DNA of 64,000 nt from Spirochaetia bacterium (GTDB taxonomy: Bacteria > Spirochaetota > Spirochaetia > SZUA-6 > Bin103): contig CBDBOV010000005.1 of the NCBI GenBank assembly GCA_965208575.1, forward strand, positions 1 to 64,000, written 5' to 3'. The notes under the pieces are model-generated. The model was not told the DNA's origin. It saw nothing but the letters and a program-made list of their open reading frames with translations, and did no database searches. Made by a program: the position numbers and the translations under genes. Numbering within the stretch: position 1 is the first letter of the stretch; each line of letters opens with the position of its first letter. Positions 28,568 through 38,159 of this stretch are shown one piece after another.

Positions 28568-28993
28568 TTATGCGGTAGCATGCGTCACAAACGGATTTTT
28601 CACCACCACGCCGCCGTAGTGCTGGCCGGGGTTCAGGTCCTCCGAGTACAACACCGAGCAACTCGCCCGTCCCGCCACGGTCAGGATCAGCGCGTCCCAG
28701 AAGGAGACCTGCCACAGGACCACTCCGTCGATGGCCTCGTTGATGTCTTCCAACGTTACCGTCCGCAGCTCGAGACGATGCAACGTCGCGACGATCGCTT
28801 TTGCCTTCAGGGGGTCGATGGCAAGCTTGCGAGTGGCGGTCACGAAGAACTCCTGCACGACCTGAGTGGATATGACACCGTTGCCGTCTGCCGCAGTGGC
28901 GCGCAGCAACGCACGTGCGCGCCGCCGTTTCTCCAGCTCATCCTTGTCGCTCGCGTACACCAGCACGTTGGTATCAAGGAATACCTTAGACAT
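28568..28993 (-). CDS. PIN-domain (VapC-like) toxin
   Basis: FLDTNVLVYA, STQVVQEF, SFWDALI, LYSEDL. Confidence 0.9.
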   Translation of the reverse strand: MSKVFLDTNVLVYASDKDELEKRRRARALLRATAADGNGVISTQVVQEFFVTATRKLAIDPLKAKAIVATLHRLELRTVTLEDINEAIDGVVLWQVSFWDALILTVAGRASCSVLYSEDLNPGQHYGGVVVKNPFVTHATA

Positions 28994-29207
28994 CGTACAG
29001 GTCGTCCCGGCGCCACCGGCGACCACCGGAGCCGCCCGCGGCCTCGTCCATGGCGCGGAAGGTCTCCTCGGTCCAATCCGACTCCTGATAGACCAGCATT
29101 TGCAACTGCTCCCGGATCAGTGCGTTGAACGACATGCCGCGCCGCCGGGCGTACTCGCGCCCCCTCTCGATCAGTTGCTCATCCATCGCCAACGTCACGT
29201 TACGCAT
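28986..29207 (-). CDS. Ribbon-helix-helix antitoxin (cognate of the PIN toxin)
   Basis: 73 aa, MRNVTLAMDEQLIE..., ends WRRDDLYDV; overlaps the toxin start. Confidence 0.8.
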   Translation of the reverse strand: MRNVTLAMDEQLIERGREYARRRGMSFNALIREQLQMLVYQESDWTEETFRAMDEAAGGSGGRRWRRDDLYDV

Positions 29208-29257
29208 TGTTTATCCGCATCTCAATGTGCCACAGGATAAGTGTAACGGCAAGTGCT

Positions 29258-29286
29258 TTGACACCGCCTGTCGGTTGGGATAGCGT
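29258..29286 (+). promoter_or_regulatory. Candidate sigma70 promoter for the SBP
   Basis: TTGACA-17 nt-TAGCGT; SD GGAGG before ATG 29304. Confidence 0.5.
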
Positions 29287-29303
29287 GCGACGCGGAGGTA
29301 CTC

Positions 29304-31262
29304 ATGACGAGACTATCGTTGATCGTTGTGGCGGGGGTGTTGCTGGCGCCGCTGTGGCTGGCGGCGCAATTGCCGCCGGGGCAATACAATCTGGATGACT
29401 ACGTGCGCCAGACCGGCGCCAGCATCACGTTCTCGGACTCGCCCTACCTGGCAGGCCGCGGACTGCCGCCGGTGGAGGAGCGGCTGCCGAAGAATCCGCT
29501 GGTGATGCAGACCTGGGAGGCGAACGGCACCTACGGCGGAACGCTGACCTGGACCGAGTACACCATTGACCACGATGTCTACCTGCGCCACCTGAACGCC
29601 GTCAAGCTGCTGGAGATCGCACCGTCGGCATCCAACCACCGCTACGACTACCTGGGCGCCACCATCCAGCCCTCGATCCTGGAGAGCTGGGAGCACAGCG
29701 ACGATGCCACCGAGTTCACGTTCCGCATCCGGGAAGGGCTGAAGTGGTCGGACGGGGCTCCCGTGACCACCGACGACGTGCGCTACGCGTTCGAGGACGT
29801 GTACTTCAACGAGGAAATCACCCCCACCCTACCGCGCTGGGCAAACTGGGGCGGCGAGCCGGTGCAGGTGTCGATCGTCGACGACTACTCCTTCTCGCTC
29901 ACGTTCGCCAAGTCCTACGGCCTGTTCCTCGGCCAGGTGAGTCAGCAGCCCGCCGGCCATTTCATGCGCCCGAGCCACTACATGAAGCAGTACCACAAGG
30001 AATACACCGACATGGAGAAGATCCTGCCGGTGATGCAGGAACAGGGCTACGACACCGCCGAGTGGGGCAAGTTCTACACCTCGTTCGCGGTCGGCGGCAC
30101 CGACGCGGCCAACCACATCCCGACCCGATTCCCGAACGCGATCGAGGCGCCGTCGCTGCATCCGTGGCACGTGATCGAGGAGCCCAATCCCGGCGAATTC
30201 ATCCTGGAGCGCAACCCCTACTTTTTCAAGATCGACCCGATCGGCCAGCAGCTCCCCTACATCGACCGCGCCCACCGCGTGTTCGTGAACAACCTGGAGG
30301 TGATGAACGCCAAGGTGGTGGCGGGCGAAACCGACGTGCAGTTCCAGTTCATTCGCCTCGGCGACGTTCCGCTGTTCAAGTCCAACGAGGAGAGGGCGGG
30401 CTACCGCACCATGCTGCTGCCGGCCTGGCAGCAACAGGTGCTGGTGTACTTTCCCAACCTCACGCCGGCTGACCCGGTGTACGCCGCGGTGACCCAGGAC
30501 AAGCGCTTCCGCCAGGCGATCTCGCTGGCCATCGACCGCAAGGAGATCCGCAGGTCGATCTTTCTCGACTTCGGGCGCATCGCGCAGGTGTCGCCGCCGC
30601 GTGGCGTCGACTTCTGGAAGCCGCACATGGACACCGCCTTCGTGGAGTACGACGTCGACGCCGCCAACGCGCTGCTCGACGAGATGGGACTGCAGTGGGA
30701 CGCCAAGCGCGAGTACCGCCTGCTGCCCGACGGGCGCCGGCTGAGCATCCCGTTCATGTACTACGAGGTCACCCCGACGGCGACGCCGGGCGCCGAGCTG
30801 TTCGCCGAGTACATGGGCCCGATCGGTATCGATACCCAGATCAAGCAGGTGGACGGCCGGCTGTGGTGGACCTCCGACAGCGAGGTGCGCTTTTCCAACT
30901 GGTGGAACCCCACCATGAACTTCACCTTCGGGCCGATGAAGTTCAACGTCGCGGGACGGGCGTGGAACGCCTGGCACAACTCCGGCGGCGAGAGCGGCCA
31001 GGAGCCGCCGCCGGAAGCCAAGCGGCTGTACGAGCTGCGCGAAATACTCTATTCCACCGGTGATGCCGACGAACGCCGCGAGGTGCTCACCGAGATGTGG
31101 GAGAACCAGGCCGAAAACCTGTGGGTGATCGGCGTGGTGGCCGAGGCGCCGGGGCCGTTCATCTACGACGTGAACCTGGGCAACGTCGGGGTCGCGGAGG
31201 AACGCGGCTACTACTCGGTGGTGGTGGGCGAAGCCGGCGAGCAGTGGTTCTGGAAGAACTGA
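29304..31262 (+). CDS. ABC substrate-binding protein, family 5
   Basis: Signal peptide, LPPVEERLP, KWSDG, QLPYIDR, FRQAISLAIDR, EQWFWKN. Confidence 0.93.
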   Translation: MTRLSLIVVAGVLLAPLWLAAQLPPGQYNLDDYVRQTGASITFSDSPYLAGRGLPPVEERLPKNPLVMQTWEANGTYGGTLTWTEYTIDHDVYLRHLNAVKLLEIAPSASNHRYDYLGATIQPSILESWEHSDDATEFTFRIREGLKWSDGAPVTTDDVRYAFEDVYFNEEITPTLPRWANWGGEPVQVSIVDDYSFSLTFAKSYGLFLGQVSQQPAGHFMRPSHYMKQYHKEYTDMEKILPVMQEQGYDTAEWGKFYTSFAVGGTDAANHIPTRFPNAIEAPSLHPWHVIEEPNPGEFILERNPYFFKIDPIGQQLPYIDRAHRVFVNNLEVMNAKVVAGETDVQFQFIRLGDVPLFKSNEERAGYRTMLLPAWQQQVLVYFPNLTPADPVYAAVTQDKRFRQAISLAIDRKEIRRSIFLDFGRIAQVSPPRGVDFWKPHMDTAFVEYDVDAANALLDEMGLQWDAKREYRLLPDGRRLSIPFMYYEVTPTATPGAELFAEYMGPIGIDTQIKQVDGRLWWTSDSEVRFSNWWNPTMNFTFGPMKFNVAGRAWNAWHNSGGESGQEPPPEAKRLYELREILYSTGDADERREVLTEMWENQAENLWVIGVVAEAPGPFIYDVNLGNVGVAEERGYYSVVVGEAGEQWFWKN

Positions 31263-31280
31263 TCCGCCAGTACCCACGGT

Positions 31281-31323
31281 GACGGGTGCCTGCTACGGCC
31301 GGCATCCGCCGCCGGCACCCGTC
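31281..31323 (+). promoter_or_regulatory. Stem-loop between SBP and permease
   Basis: 10-bp IR GACGGGTGCC...GGCACCCGTC. Confidence 0.45.
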
Positions 31324-31331
31324 CCACTCCC

Positions 31332-32441
31332 ATGACTACCCGCAATCGCTACGAACAGGAGTCCTACTACATCGCGTCGCAGTGGCGGCTGATGTGGCGC
31401 AAGTTCAAGACCCACCGGCTGGCGATGGTGGGCACCGCCATCGTCGGCTTCTTCATCGTCACCGGCACCCTGTTCTGCGAGTTCTTCGCCACCCACGACA
31501 TCTACAAGCGCGACTCCGACTACATCCTGTGCCCGCCGCAGAAGATCCACTTCGTCGACGCCGACGGACGCTTCCACCTGCGCCCCTTCGTGTACCACCT
31601 GACCACCGAACGCAACATGGACACCTTCGCCCTGGAGTGCACGGAGGATACGACGGTGCGCTATCCGATCCACCTGCTGGTGCGCGGCGACGAGTACAAG
31701 CTGTGGGGGCTGTTTCCCGGCCGGCTGCACCTGCTCGGCATCAGGGACGAGGGCGCGTTCTACCTGTTCGGCACCGACAACCTGGGCCGCGACCTGTTCT
31801 CGCGCGTGTTCTACGCGGCGCGCATCTCGCTGTCGATCGGCTTCGTCGGGGTGGTGATCAGCTTCGTGCTCGGTTGCATCCTGGGCGGCGTTTCCGGCTA
31901 CTTCGGCGGCACCGCCGACATGGCGATTCAGCGCATGATCGAGTTTTTGAGCTCGATTCCGCAGATCCCGCTGTGGATGGCGCTGGCCGCCGCCATCCCG
32001 CCGAGCTGGCCGGCGTTGCGCGTCTACTTCGTGATCATCCTGATCCTGTCGATCATCGGCTGGACCGGGCTGGCACGCGTGGTGCGCGGCTACATCATCG
32101 CGCTGCGCGAGTCGGACATGGTGGTTGCCGCACGGGTGTCGGGGGCCCGCACCGGACCGATCCTGTACCGCCACCTGCTGCCGGCGTTCCTGAGCTACCT
32201 GATCGTGCACCTGACCCTGGCGGTGCCGAGCATGATCCTGGCCGAGACCGCGCTGTCGTTCCTGGGCCTCGGGCTGCGCCCGCCGGTGGTGAGCTGGGGC
32301 GTGCTGCTGAGCGCCGCCCAGAACGTCAAGACCGTGTACCTGAACCTGTGGCTGATGATCCCGGCGCTGTTCGTGATCGTCACCGTGCTGGCGTTCAACT
32401 TCATCGGCGACGGCATGCGCGACGCCGCCGACCCCTATTGA
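31332..32441 (+). CDS. ABC permease, DppC-like
   Basis: ASQWRLMWRKF, FGTDNLGRD, ETALSFLGLG, RDAADPY. Confidence 0.92.
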   Translation: MTTRNRYEQESYYIASQWRLMWRKFKTHRLAMVGTAIVGFFIVTGTLFCEFFATHDIYKRDSDYILCPPQKIHFVDADGRFHLRPFVYHLTTERNMDTFALECTEDTTVRYPIHLLVRGDEYKLWGLFPGRLHLLGIRDEGAFYLFGTDNLGRDLFSRVFYAARISLSIGFVGVVISFVLGCILGGVSGYFGGTADMAIQRMIEFLSSIPQIPLWMALAAAIPPSWPALRVYFVIILILSIIGWTGLARVVRGYIIALRESDMVVAARVSGARTGPILYRHLLPAFLSYLIVHLTLAVPSMILAETALSFLGLGLRPPVVSWGVLLSAAQNVKTVYLNLWLMIPALFVIVTVLAFNFIGDGMRDAADPY

Positions 32442-32535
32442 TGGGCTGATAGCCGGGTGAGGCTGTACAGCCCGACGCCGCCGCAGTACGCTGATCGAGG
32501 CTACGGCGAGGACCGCTCGGCGGCGCAGAGGCAGT

Positions 32536-33465
32536 ATGGCTATACGAAGGAACTCCAAAGAGTTACGCGCGTGGATCGACGACGCTGTCAGCCTGTCCGG
32601 CCACCGGGACGGCGCGGTCCACGCCGCCGCCGGCGACACGCTGGCCGTCACCATGCAGCAGGGTCCGCGCGCGGAGCAGCAGGACTGCGGCGCGGCGCTG
32701 CTGTGGGTGCCCCGCTTCGGCTTCTCGCCCCGCTGCGCGGCGGTGATCGCCGACGGCATGGGCGGCATGCAGGGCGGCGGCTGGTCGAGCCGCCACACCG
32801 TCCGGGTGGTGGTCGAGCGCTGCCTCGCCGGCCGCCATGACACGCCGCGCGACATGCTGGCCAACGCCCTCGATACGGCCCAGCGGGAAGTGCTGGAAGC
32901 GCTCCGCGGCCGCGGCGGCACCACGCTGACCGCCGCGGTGTGGGGCCGGGGCGGCGGCATGCTGGTGCACATCGGCGACACCCGCGCGCACCTGGTCGAG
33001 CCGGGGCGCCCGTTCCGCTGCCTCACCTCCGATCACACCGAGGCCGGGGATGCCGACGCGCTCGACCGCCTGGCCACCGGCCGCCCGGCACTGCCCTATC
33101 GGCCGACCGAGCCCGACAACAGCCTGATCGACGTCATCGGCGTGCCGGACGGCATCCTGTCCGAGCGCCACGTCCTGCACACCCCGCCCGGCGGCCGCTT
33201 CGTGCTGACCACCGACGGCGCCCACGACCCGGTACGGTGGGCGGGAAGCGCCGCCTTCGAGGAAGGGGACGGCGAACCGCCCTGGACCGCGCGGCGCAGC
33301 GTCGAGGCGCTCTCGGAACGCCTCGCCAACGAGGCCCTTACCGACAACGCCGCGGTCGTGGCAATCGAGCCCGGCAGGGCGCTGCGGCACGCAGAGCAGG
33401 AACTGCGCCACGGCGACGTCCTGCTGGTCGGCCCGACGGGAGTGCTGCGCTACACCCTCGGCTGA
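32536..33465 (+). CDS. PP2C/PPM-family Ser/Thr phosphatase-like protein
   Basis: RAEQQD, IADGMGG, GTTL, HIGDTRA, TSDH, TTDG, DNAAVV. Confidence 0.75.
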   Translation: MAIRRNSKELRAWIDDAVSLSGHRDGAVHAAAGDTLAVTMQQGPRAEQQDCGAALLWVPRFGFSPRCAAVIADGMGGMQGGGWSSRHTVRVVVERCLAGRHDTPRDMLANALDTAQREVLEALRGRGGTTLTAAVWGRGGGMLVHIGDTRAHLVEPGRPFRCLTSDHTEAGDADALDRLATGRPALPYRPTEPDNSLIDVIGVPDGILSERHVLHTPPGGRFVLTTDGAHDPVRWAGSAAFEEGDGEPPWTARRSVEALSERLANEALTDNAAVVAIEPGRALRHAEQELRHGDVLLVGPTGVLRYTLG

Positions 33466-33564
33466 TCCTCTCGTGCGCACGATGCATCATCCCGAGCCGA
33501 CGCTCCGGCGTCCCGGCACTCCGGCGCTGACCGCCCGGACTTCGGCCCGGAACTGCGCGGGTCG

Positions 33565-33720
33565 GTGGTTCTGGGCATCCCCAACCAGACGGTGAAGCGG
33601 CTGATGTACGGCTACCTGCGCGACGCCTGGGACGACATGAACGTGTTCTCGACCGACTTCTATGACCTGTTCCGGCTGACCGGCGACATGGCCTACGAGG
33701 GGGCCTGGCGGGCCGCAGTC
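33565..33720 (+). pseudogene. Internal fragment of an AAA-ATPase / PD-(D/E)XK nuclease family gene
   Basis: LGIPNQTVKRLMYGYLRDAW motif recalled from that family; no ATPase or nuclease core present. Confidence 0.45.
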
Positions 33721-33789
33721 CGCGGGTGTCCGGGCGGCCCGGGCGTGGAACCGCGACGCCGGGCGTCGGTCCATGATAGAAAGGACGGC

Positions 33790-34497
33790 ATGAAGATTCG
33801 CGAACTGCAGCCGCGGCGGCCGGCAGCCGCACTTCCAGGCGCCGGCGGAGCCAATTCGCCGGTGAGCCGTTACCCCGAGACGGGCAACGTCGTGTACCGG
33901 TTCGGCGTGCACCTGCGAGGTACCGACCCGCCGGTCTGGCGGTTGATCGACGTCCCTGCGGAGTACCGTTTCTGGGACCTGCACGTCGCCATCCAGGATG
34001 CGATGGGGTGGCTCGACTACCACTTGCACGAGTTCTCGATCATCGCACCGGACAGCGGCAAACCGGTATCGATTGGCACTCCCGCCTCCGACTTCGGTTA
34101 CGAAAACGACAAAGTGCTCCGGGATTCGGAGTGCGCCATAGCCGACTACTTCCGGTCGCCGGGAGACGAAGCCATCTACATCTACGACCTCGGCGACGGA
34201 TGGCAACACCGACTGGCTCTGAGCAGGGTGCTCCCACGCGAGCCGGGAGTGCGGTATCCGGTTTGCCGCGACGGCGAACGAGCGTGCCCGCCGGAGGATT
34301 GCGGTGGCGTCGGCGGATTCCGCCGCTTCCTCGACATCATGGCGGATCCGGATCACAAGGAGCACAAAGACACGCAGAGGTGGCTGATTGATCATGTCGG
34401 CCGGTACTACCCCTACGATCCGGAAGACTTCGATCCCGCCACGGTCGACTTCGACGATCCGCAGGAGAGATGGCTGCGCGCCTGGGATGATCGGTGA
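33790..34497 (+). CDS. Plasmid pRiA4b ORF-3 family protein
   Basis: PPVWRLIDVP, DLHVAIQDAMGW..YHLHEF, YIYDLGDGWQH, GERACPPEDCGG. Confidence 0.88.
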   Translation: MKIRELQPRRPAAALPGAGGANSPVSRYPETGNVVYRFGVHLRGTDPPVWRLIDVPAEYRFWDLHVAIQDAMGWLDYHLHEFSIIAPDSGKPVSIGTPASDFGYENDKVLRDSECAIADYFRSPGDEAIYIYDLGDGWQHRLALSRVLPREPGVRYPVCRDGERACPPEDCGGVGGFRRFLDIMADPDHKEHKDTQRWLIDHVGRYYPYDPEDFDPATVDFDDPQERWLRAWDDR

Positions 34498-34681
34498 TCA
34501 CCTGCGCCCGGCCCGGTGGATCAGCAACGGTGTGATCCGCCCGCCCCGGTCGCCGCGCGCTCCAGGTGGTCGCTCGCCGGTCGCGTCGCGCTCTACTCAC
34601 CGCCACCGGCCCCGAGTCGCCGCGCCTCGAATGGTGGCGTACCGGATCCGCGCCGAGGGCTCACCGAAAACCCATCTGACA

Positions 34682-35329
34682 TCACTTGATCGCTACCAGG
34701 CACGGCAGGTGCCTCAGGTGGTAGGTGCTGGTGGAGTCGAGGCCGTAGCCGCCTATCCAGGGGCTCTCGCCGTCGACCAGCGGGATCTCGAAGCCGACGA
34801 ACTCGGGGCTGGCCGCGCGCCGCTGGGCCAGCACTTCCCGGTCAGGGTCTTTCGGCAGCTTGTTGAACATGACGCACGCCCTGATGTCCTTGGCGCCCCA
34901 CTCCTGCAGCTTGCCGCGCAGCGTGGCCATGGTGGTGCCCCGGTCCAGGACGTCATCCAGTAACAGCACGCTCTTGCCCCGGACGCCGACCGGCTCCAGT
35001 TGAATGCGTATCGCCTGCTGCTTCTTGCTCTCGTAGGAAGACGCCTTGGTCAGGTCGTACTTGATGTTCAGCGAGCTGCTCCGGGCCAGCGCCCGGCCGA
35101 TGTCGGTGGCCAGGAACACCGCGCCCGTCAGGATCGGCAGCAGGATGAGCTCTTCTTCCTCCGCGTAGATCGTGGCGATCTCTTCGGCGAGCTCGGCCAC
35201 CCTGCGCTGTATCTCATCTTCCGACAGCAGTACGTACGCAATCAACTCCCGTACCTCGGCAGGCGGCACGATACCGAAGTCTTCCAGCGTCACGCCGTCC
35301 TTGGGCTTTGCCGCGGGGATATTGACCAT
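34682..35329 (-). CDS. Hypoxanthine phosphoribosyltransferase-like protein
   Basis: SEDEIQRRVAELA, ILTGA, ASSY, VLLLDDVLDRGTT (PRPP motif), GGYGLD, RHLP. Confidence 0.8.
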   Translation of the reverse strand: MVNIPAAKPKDGVTLEDFGIVPPAEVRELIAYVLLSEDEIQRRVAELAEEIATIYAEEEELILLPILTGAVFLATDIGRALARSSSLNIKYDLTKASSYESKKQQAIRIQLEPVGVRGKSVLLLDDVLDRGTTMATLRGKLQEWGAKDIRACVMFNKLPKDPDREVLAQRRAASPEFVGFEIPLVDGESPWIGGYGLDSTSTYHLRHLPCLVAIK

Positions 35330-35951
35330 GACGAATCCTCACGCAACTTCACGATCAGCGCAACCGGCAGTGCGCGGCGACGAGCCGCCCGACTCCGTCA
35401 AGCAGACTATTGCGCTGTACGAGGAGATCAAGCTGACCGTCGATCCCGACCTGGTGGGGCTTCAGGTCCACACCTACATGGCCAAGCGACACAAGGTCGT
35501 CGTGTAGATGCTGATTCCGGTACCACTGGACGACTTCCCGCAGGAGGTATTTCTTCAGGGAACCGATGTTGCCGCTCTTGAACCGTTCCACAGGGTCGAC
35601 AATCGGACCCGGCCGCAGGTCGGCTTCGGGCACGTTGAGCGTCTGATGCGTCCCGTTGGCGGACATCACCAACACCTGCCACGTTGGTGGGACCGGTAAC
35701 GAGAGGTTCTGGACGACAGCCGTCTCGTTCGTTGTTCCGCGTTCGACCGCATGACCTGGAGCGAACTCTACGCGCAACAATGGCGGGTTCAGGACTCTGA
35801 ATTGTGACGGCTTACTCGGGTCATCCCAGCGCACTGTAATGCTTGTCGCTCCAACCTGTTTCGCCGCACTCACCGCACCGCACTCGTTGGTTGCCGGACA
35901 CCGTGATAGTGGGTACGTTTGTGCGAATCGGCAATTCATATCGGAGGAGAC

Positions 35952-36167
35952 ATGCACATTTCCGAGCGAGGTCAGATCACCATACCCAAACCTTTGCGTG
36001 AACGGTACGGGATGAACCATAATGTCGAGGTCGAGATCACGCCGACCGAAGACGGGTTGCTCATACGGAAGCGCACGACCGCCGAGCATCCCGTTGAACG
36101 CGTCTACGGGCTGCTTGGCCACGGGGGAGGCACCGACGACTTCCTTGAAGAGATTCGCGGCAGGTGA
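35952..36167 (+). CDS. AbrB/MazE-type antitoxin
   Basis: ISERGQITIPKPLRERYG; SD GGAGGAG. Confidence 0.85.
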   Translation: MHISERGQITIPKPLRERYGMNHNVEVEITPTEDGLLIRKRTTAEHPVERVYGLLGHGGGTDDFLEEIRGR

Positions 36168-36571
36168 TTACGGCGGTCGATACCAGCGTGCTGCTGGACG
36201 TGCTCTTGGCGGACAAACAGCACGGCCCATCGTCGAAACAGCGGCTGCGCAGCGCGTACGACCGCGGCGCCTTGATCATCTGTGACGTGGTGTACGCGGA
36301 ACTGGCGCCCACCTTTGACGACCGGGCCGCCCTGGACAACGCCCTGAAGGAGGTCAACGTAGCACTCTCACCACTCGATGCGTCCGTCGCATGGGAGGCG
36401 GGGCGGCGCTGGCTGGGTTACCGACGTGCCGGTGGACCGCGCACGAGGATCCTCCCCGACTTCCTGATCGCCGCCCATGCCCTGAAGAGCGCGGACGTGT
36501 TCCTGACGCGCGACCGCGGATTCTACGAGACCTACTTCCCCGAGTTGAAGACGCCCCAGCCTGAAGCTTAG
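36164..36571 (+). CDS. PIN-domain (VapC) toxin
   Basis: AVDTSVLLD, VVYAEL, PDFLIAAHA, LTRDRG; GTGA overlap with the antitoxin. Confidence 0.9.
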   Translation: MITAVDTSVLLDVLLADKQHGPSSKQRLRSAYDRGALIICDVVYAELAPTFDDRAALDNALKEVNVALSPLDASVAWEAGRRWLGYRRAGGPRTRILPDFLIAAHALKSADVFLTRDRGFYETYFPELKTPQPEA

Positions 36572-36603
36572 CCCAACGGTAACCCAGCCGCCCTGCGCCG
36601 CAC

Positions 36604-36948
36604 TCAGCCGACGATGGACGAGACGTCGTACCAGTATATCTGGCGGTTGCCGTCGGGGACGGCGTCGATGGTGAGCGAACGGCCGTCGGGGTGCCAGCGG
36701 GGGTGCAGGTCGCAGCGCACGTCGCCGGTGAATAGCGGCTCGGAGTACATGCCGCCGATGTCGATCAGGCGCCCGCTGGCCATCTCGTACAGCATCAGGC
36801 GTGAAATCCGCTCCACTCCGTGCGGGTAGGTGTCGCATACCAGCCAGCGGCCGTCGGGGGAGAAGCAGGCGTGGCCGTCCTCCGGCAGGAGGCCGCCGCC
36901 GAACGGCGCGAAGTCGCCGCAGTCCACGGTGAAGGTGACGAACTGCAT
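36604..36948 (-). pseudogene. C-terminal relic of a TolB-like / oligogalacturonide-lyase-like beta-propeller protein
   Basis: DGHACFSPDGRWLVCDTYP, RCDLHPRWHPDG, NRQIY; N-terminal blades missing. Confidence 0.6.
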
Positions 36949-37220
36949 GGCATGGCACCGGTCGCCGACCTCGACGACCTGCCGCTGCTCGACCTCATGA
37001 CCGGTTGAACTGCGGGGCGTCTCCACGGCGGCACTCGTGCAAGCCGCGTTGGAGTACCGGGACGAGGCGGACTTCGTGCGCCGCGTGACCGATTCGGCGG
37101 TAGCACTACCGAAGCCCGGGACGGCCAACCGCCGGGCTCGTTCACGACCGATGCCTGGTTCGCGGCCGTGTGCGCTTTCCGCATCTGGACAGCGGCCGCG
37201 CTGCGCGTCACCATTGCTGC

Positions 37221-38159
37221 ATGGAAAGGACTTCGTTCGGCGACACGGGCCTGAGCGCTACGCCGGTGGGGTTCGGGGGCGCGCCGTTCGCGTTGCTCGG
37301 CACTCCCGCCGCCGAAACCGACGCGCTGCTCGGTGCGCTGCTCGACCTGGGCGTCGGCCTGCTCGACACCGCTGCCGGCTACGGCGGCGGCGACTCGGAA
37401 GAGGCGATCGGGCGCGCCATCAGCGGGCGGCGGGACGAGTACACGCTGGTGTCGAAGTGCGGACGCCGAGTGGACGACACCGACGCCGAGGCGTGGTCGC
37501 CGGCGCTGATCGCCGCCAGCGTCGACCGCTCGCTGCGCCGGATGCGCACCGACCGCGTCGACGTGATGCTGCTGCACTCCTGCGAGCTGGAGATCCTGGA
37601 GCGTGGCGAGGTGTTCGAAGCGCTGCGCCGGGCGCGCGACGCCGGCAAGATCCGCTGCTTCGGCTACTCCGGCGACAACGAGGCGGCCGTCTACGCCGCC
37701 CGCGTGCCCGACGTGGCGGTGATCGAGACCTCGATCAGCATCGCCGACCAGTGCAACATCGACGGTGTCCTGGCGGTGGCGCGGGAGCGCAACCTGGGCG
37801 TGCTCGCCAAGCGGCCCATCGCCAACGCCGCCTGGAAGCGGGCCGAGCAGCAGCCCGGCTTCTACGGCGACTACGCGAGCACCTACCACGGACGCTTGGC
37901 AGCCATGGAGGTCACGCCCGCCGACCTGGGCTACGACGGCGAGCCGGCGGCGGCGTGGCCGGAAATCGCACTGCGATTCACGCTCGCGCAGGAGGGCCTG
38001 CACTCCGCCATCATCGGCACCACCAACCCGGCGCACGTCGAGGCCAACATCGCCGCCGCCGGGAAAGGACCGCTGCCGGAGGACCAGGTGGCCGCGCTGC
38101 GCCGTGCCTTCGCCGCCGCCGAGGGCGCTGCCGGCGAAGCGTGGACCGGGCAGACTTGA
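37221..38159 (+). CDS. Aldo/keto reductase
   Basis: VGFGG, LDTAAGYG, SEEAIG, SKCG, SLRRMRTDRVDVMLLH, IIGTTNPAHV. Confidence 0.9.
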   Translation: MERTSFGDTGLSATPVGFGGAPFALLGTPAAETDALLGALLDLGVGLLDTAAGYGGGDSEEAIGRAISGRRDEYTLVSKCGRRVDDTDAEAWSPALIAASVDRSLRRMRTDRVDVMLLHSCELEILERGEVFEALRRARDAGKIRCFGYSGDNEAAVYAARVPDVAVIETSISIADQCNIDGVLAVARERNLGVLAKRPIANAAWKRAEQQPGFYGDYASTYHGRLAAMEVTPADLGYDGEPAAAWPEIALRFTLAQEGLHSAIIGTTNPAHVEANIAAAGKGPLPEDQVAALRRAFAAAEGAAGEAWTGQT

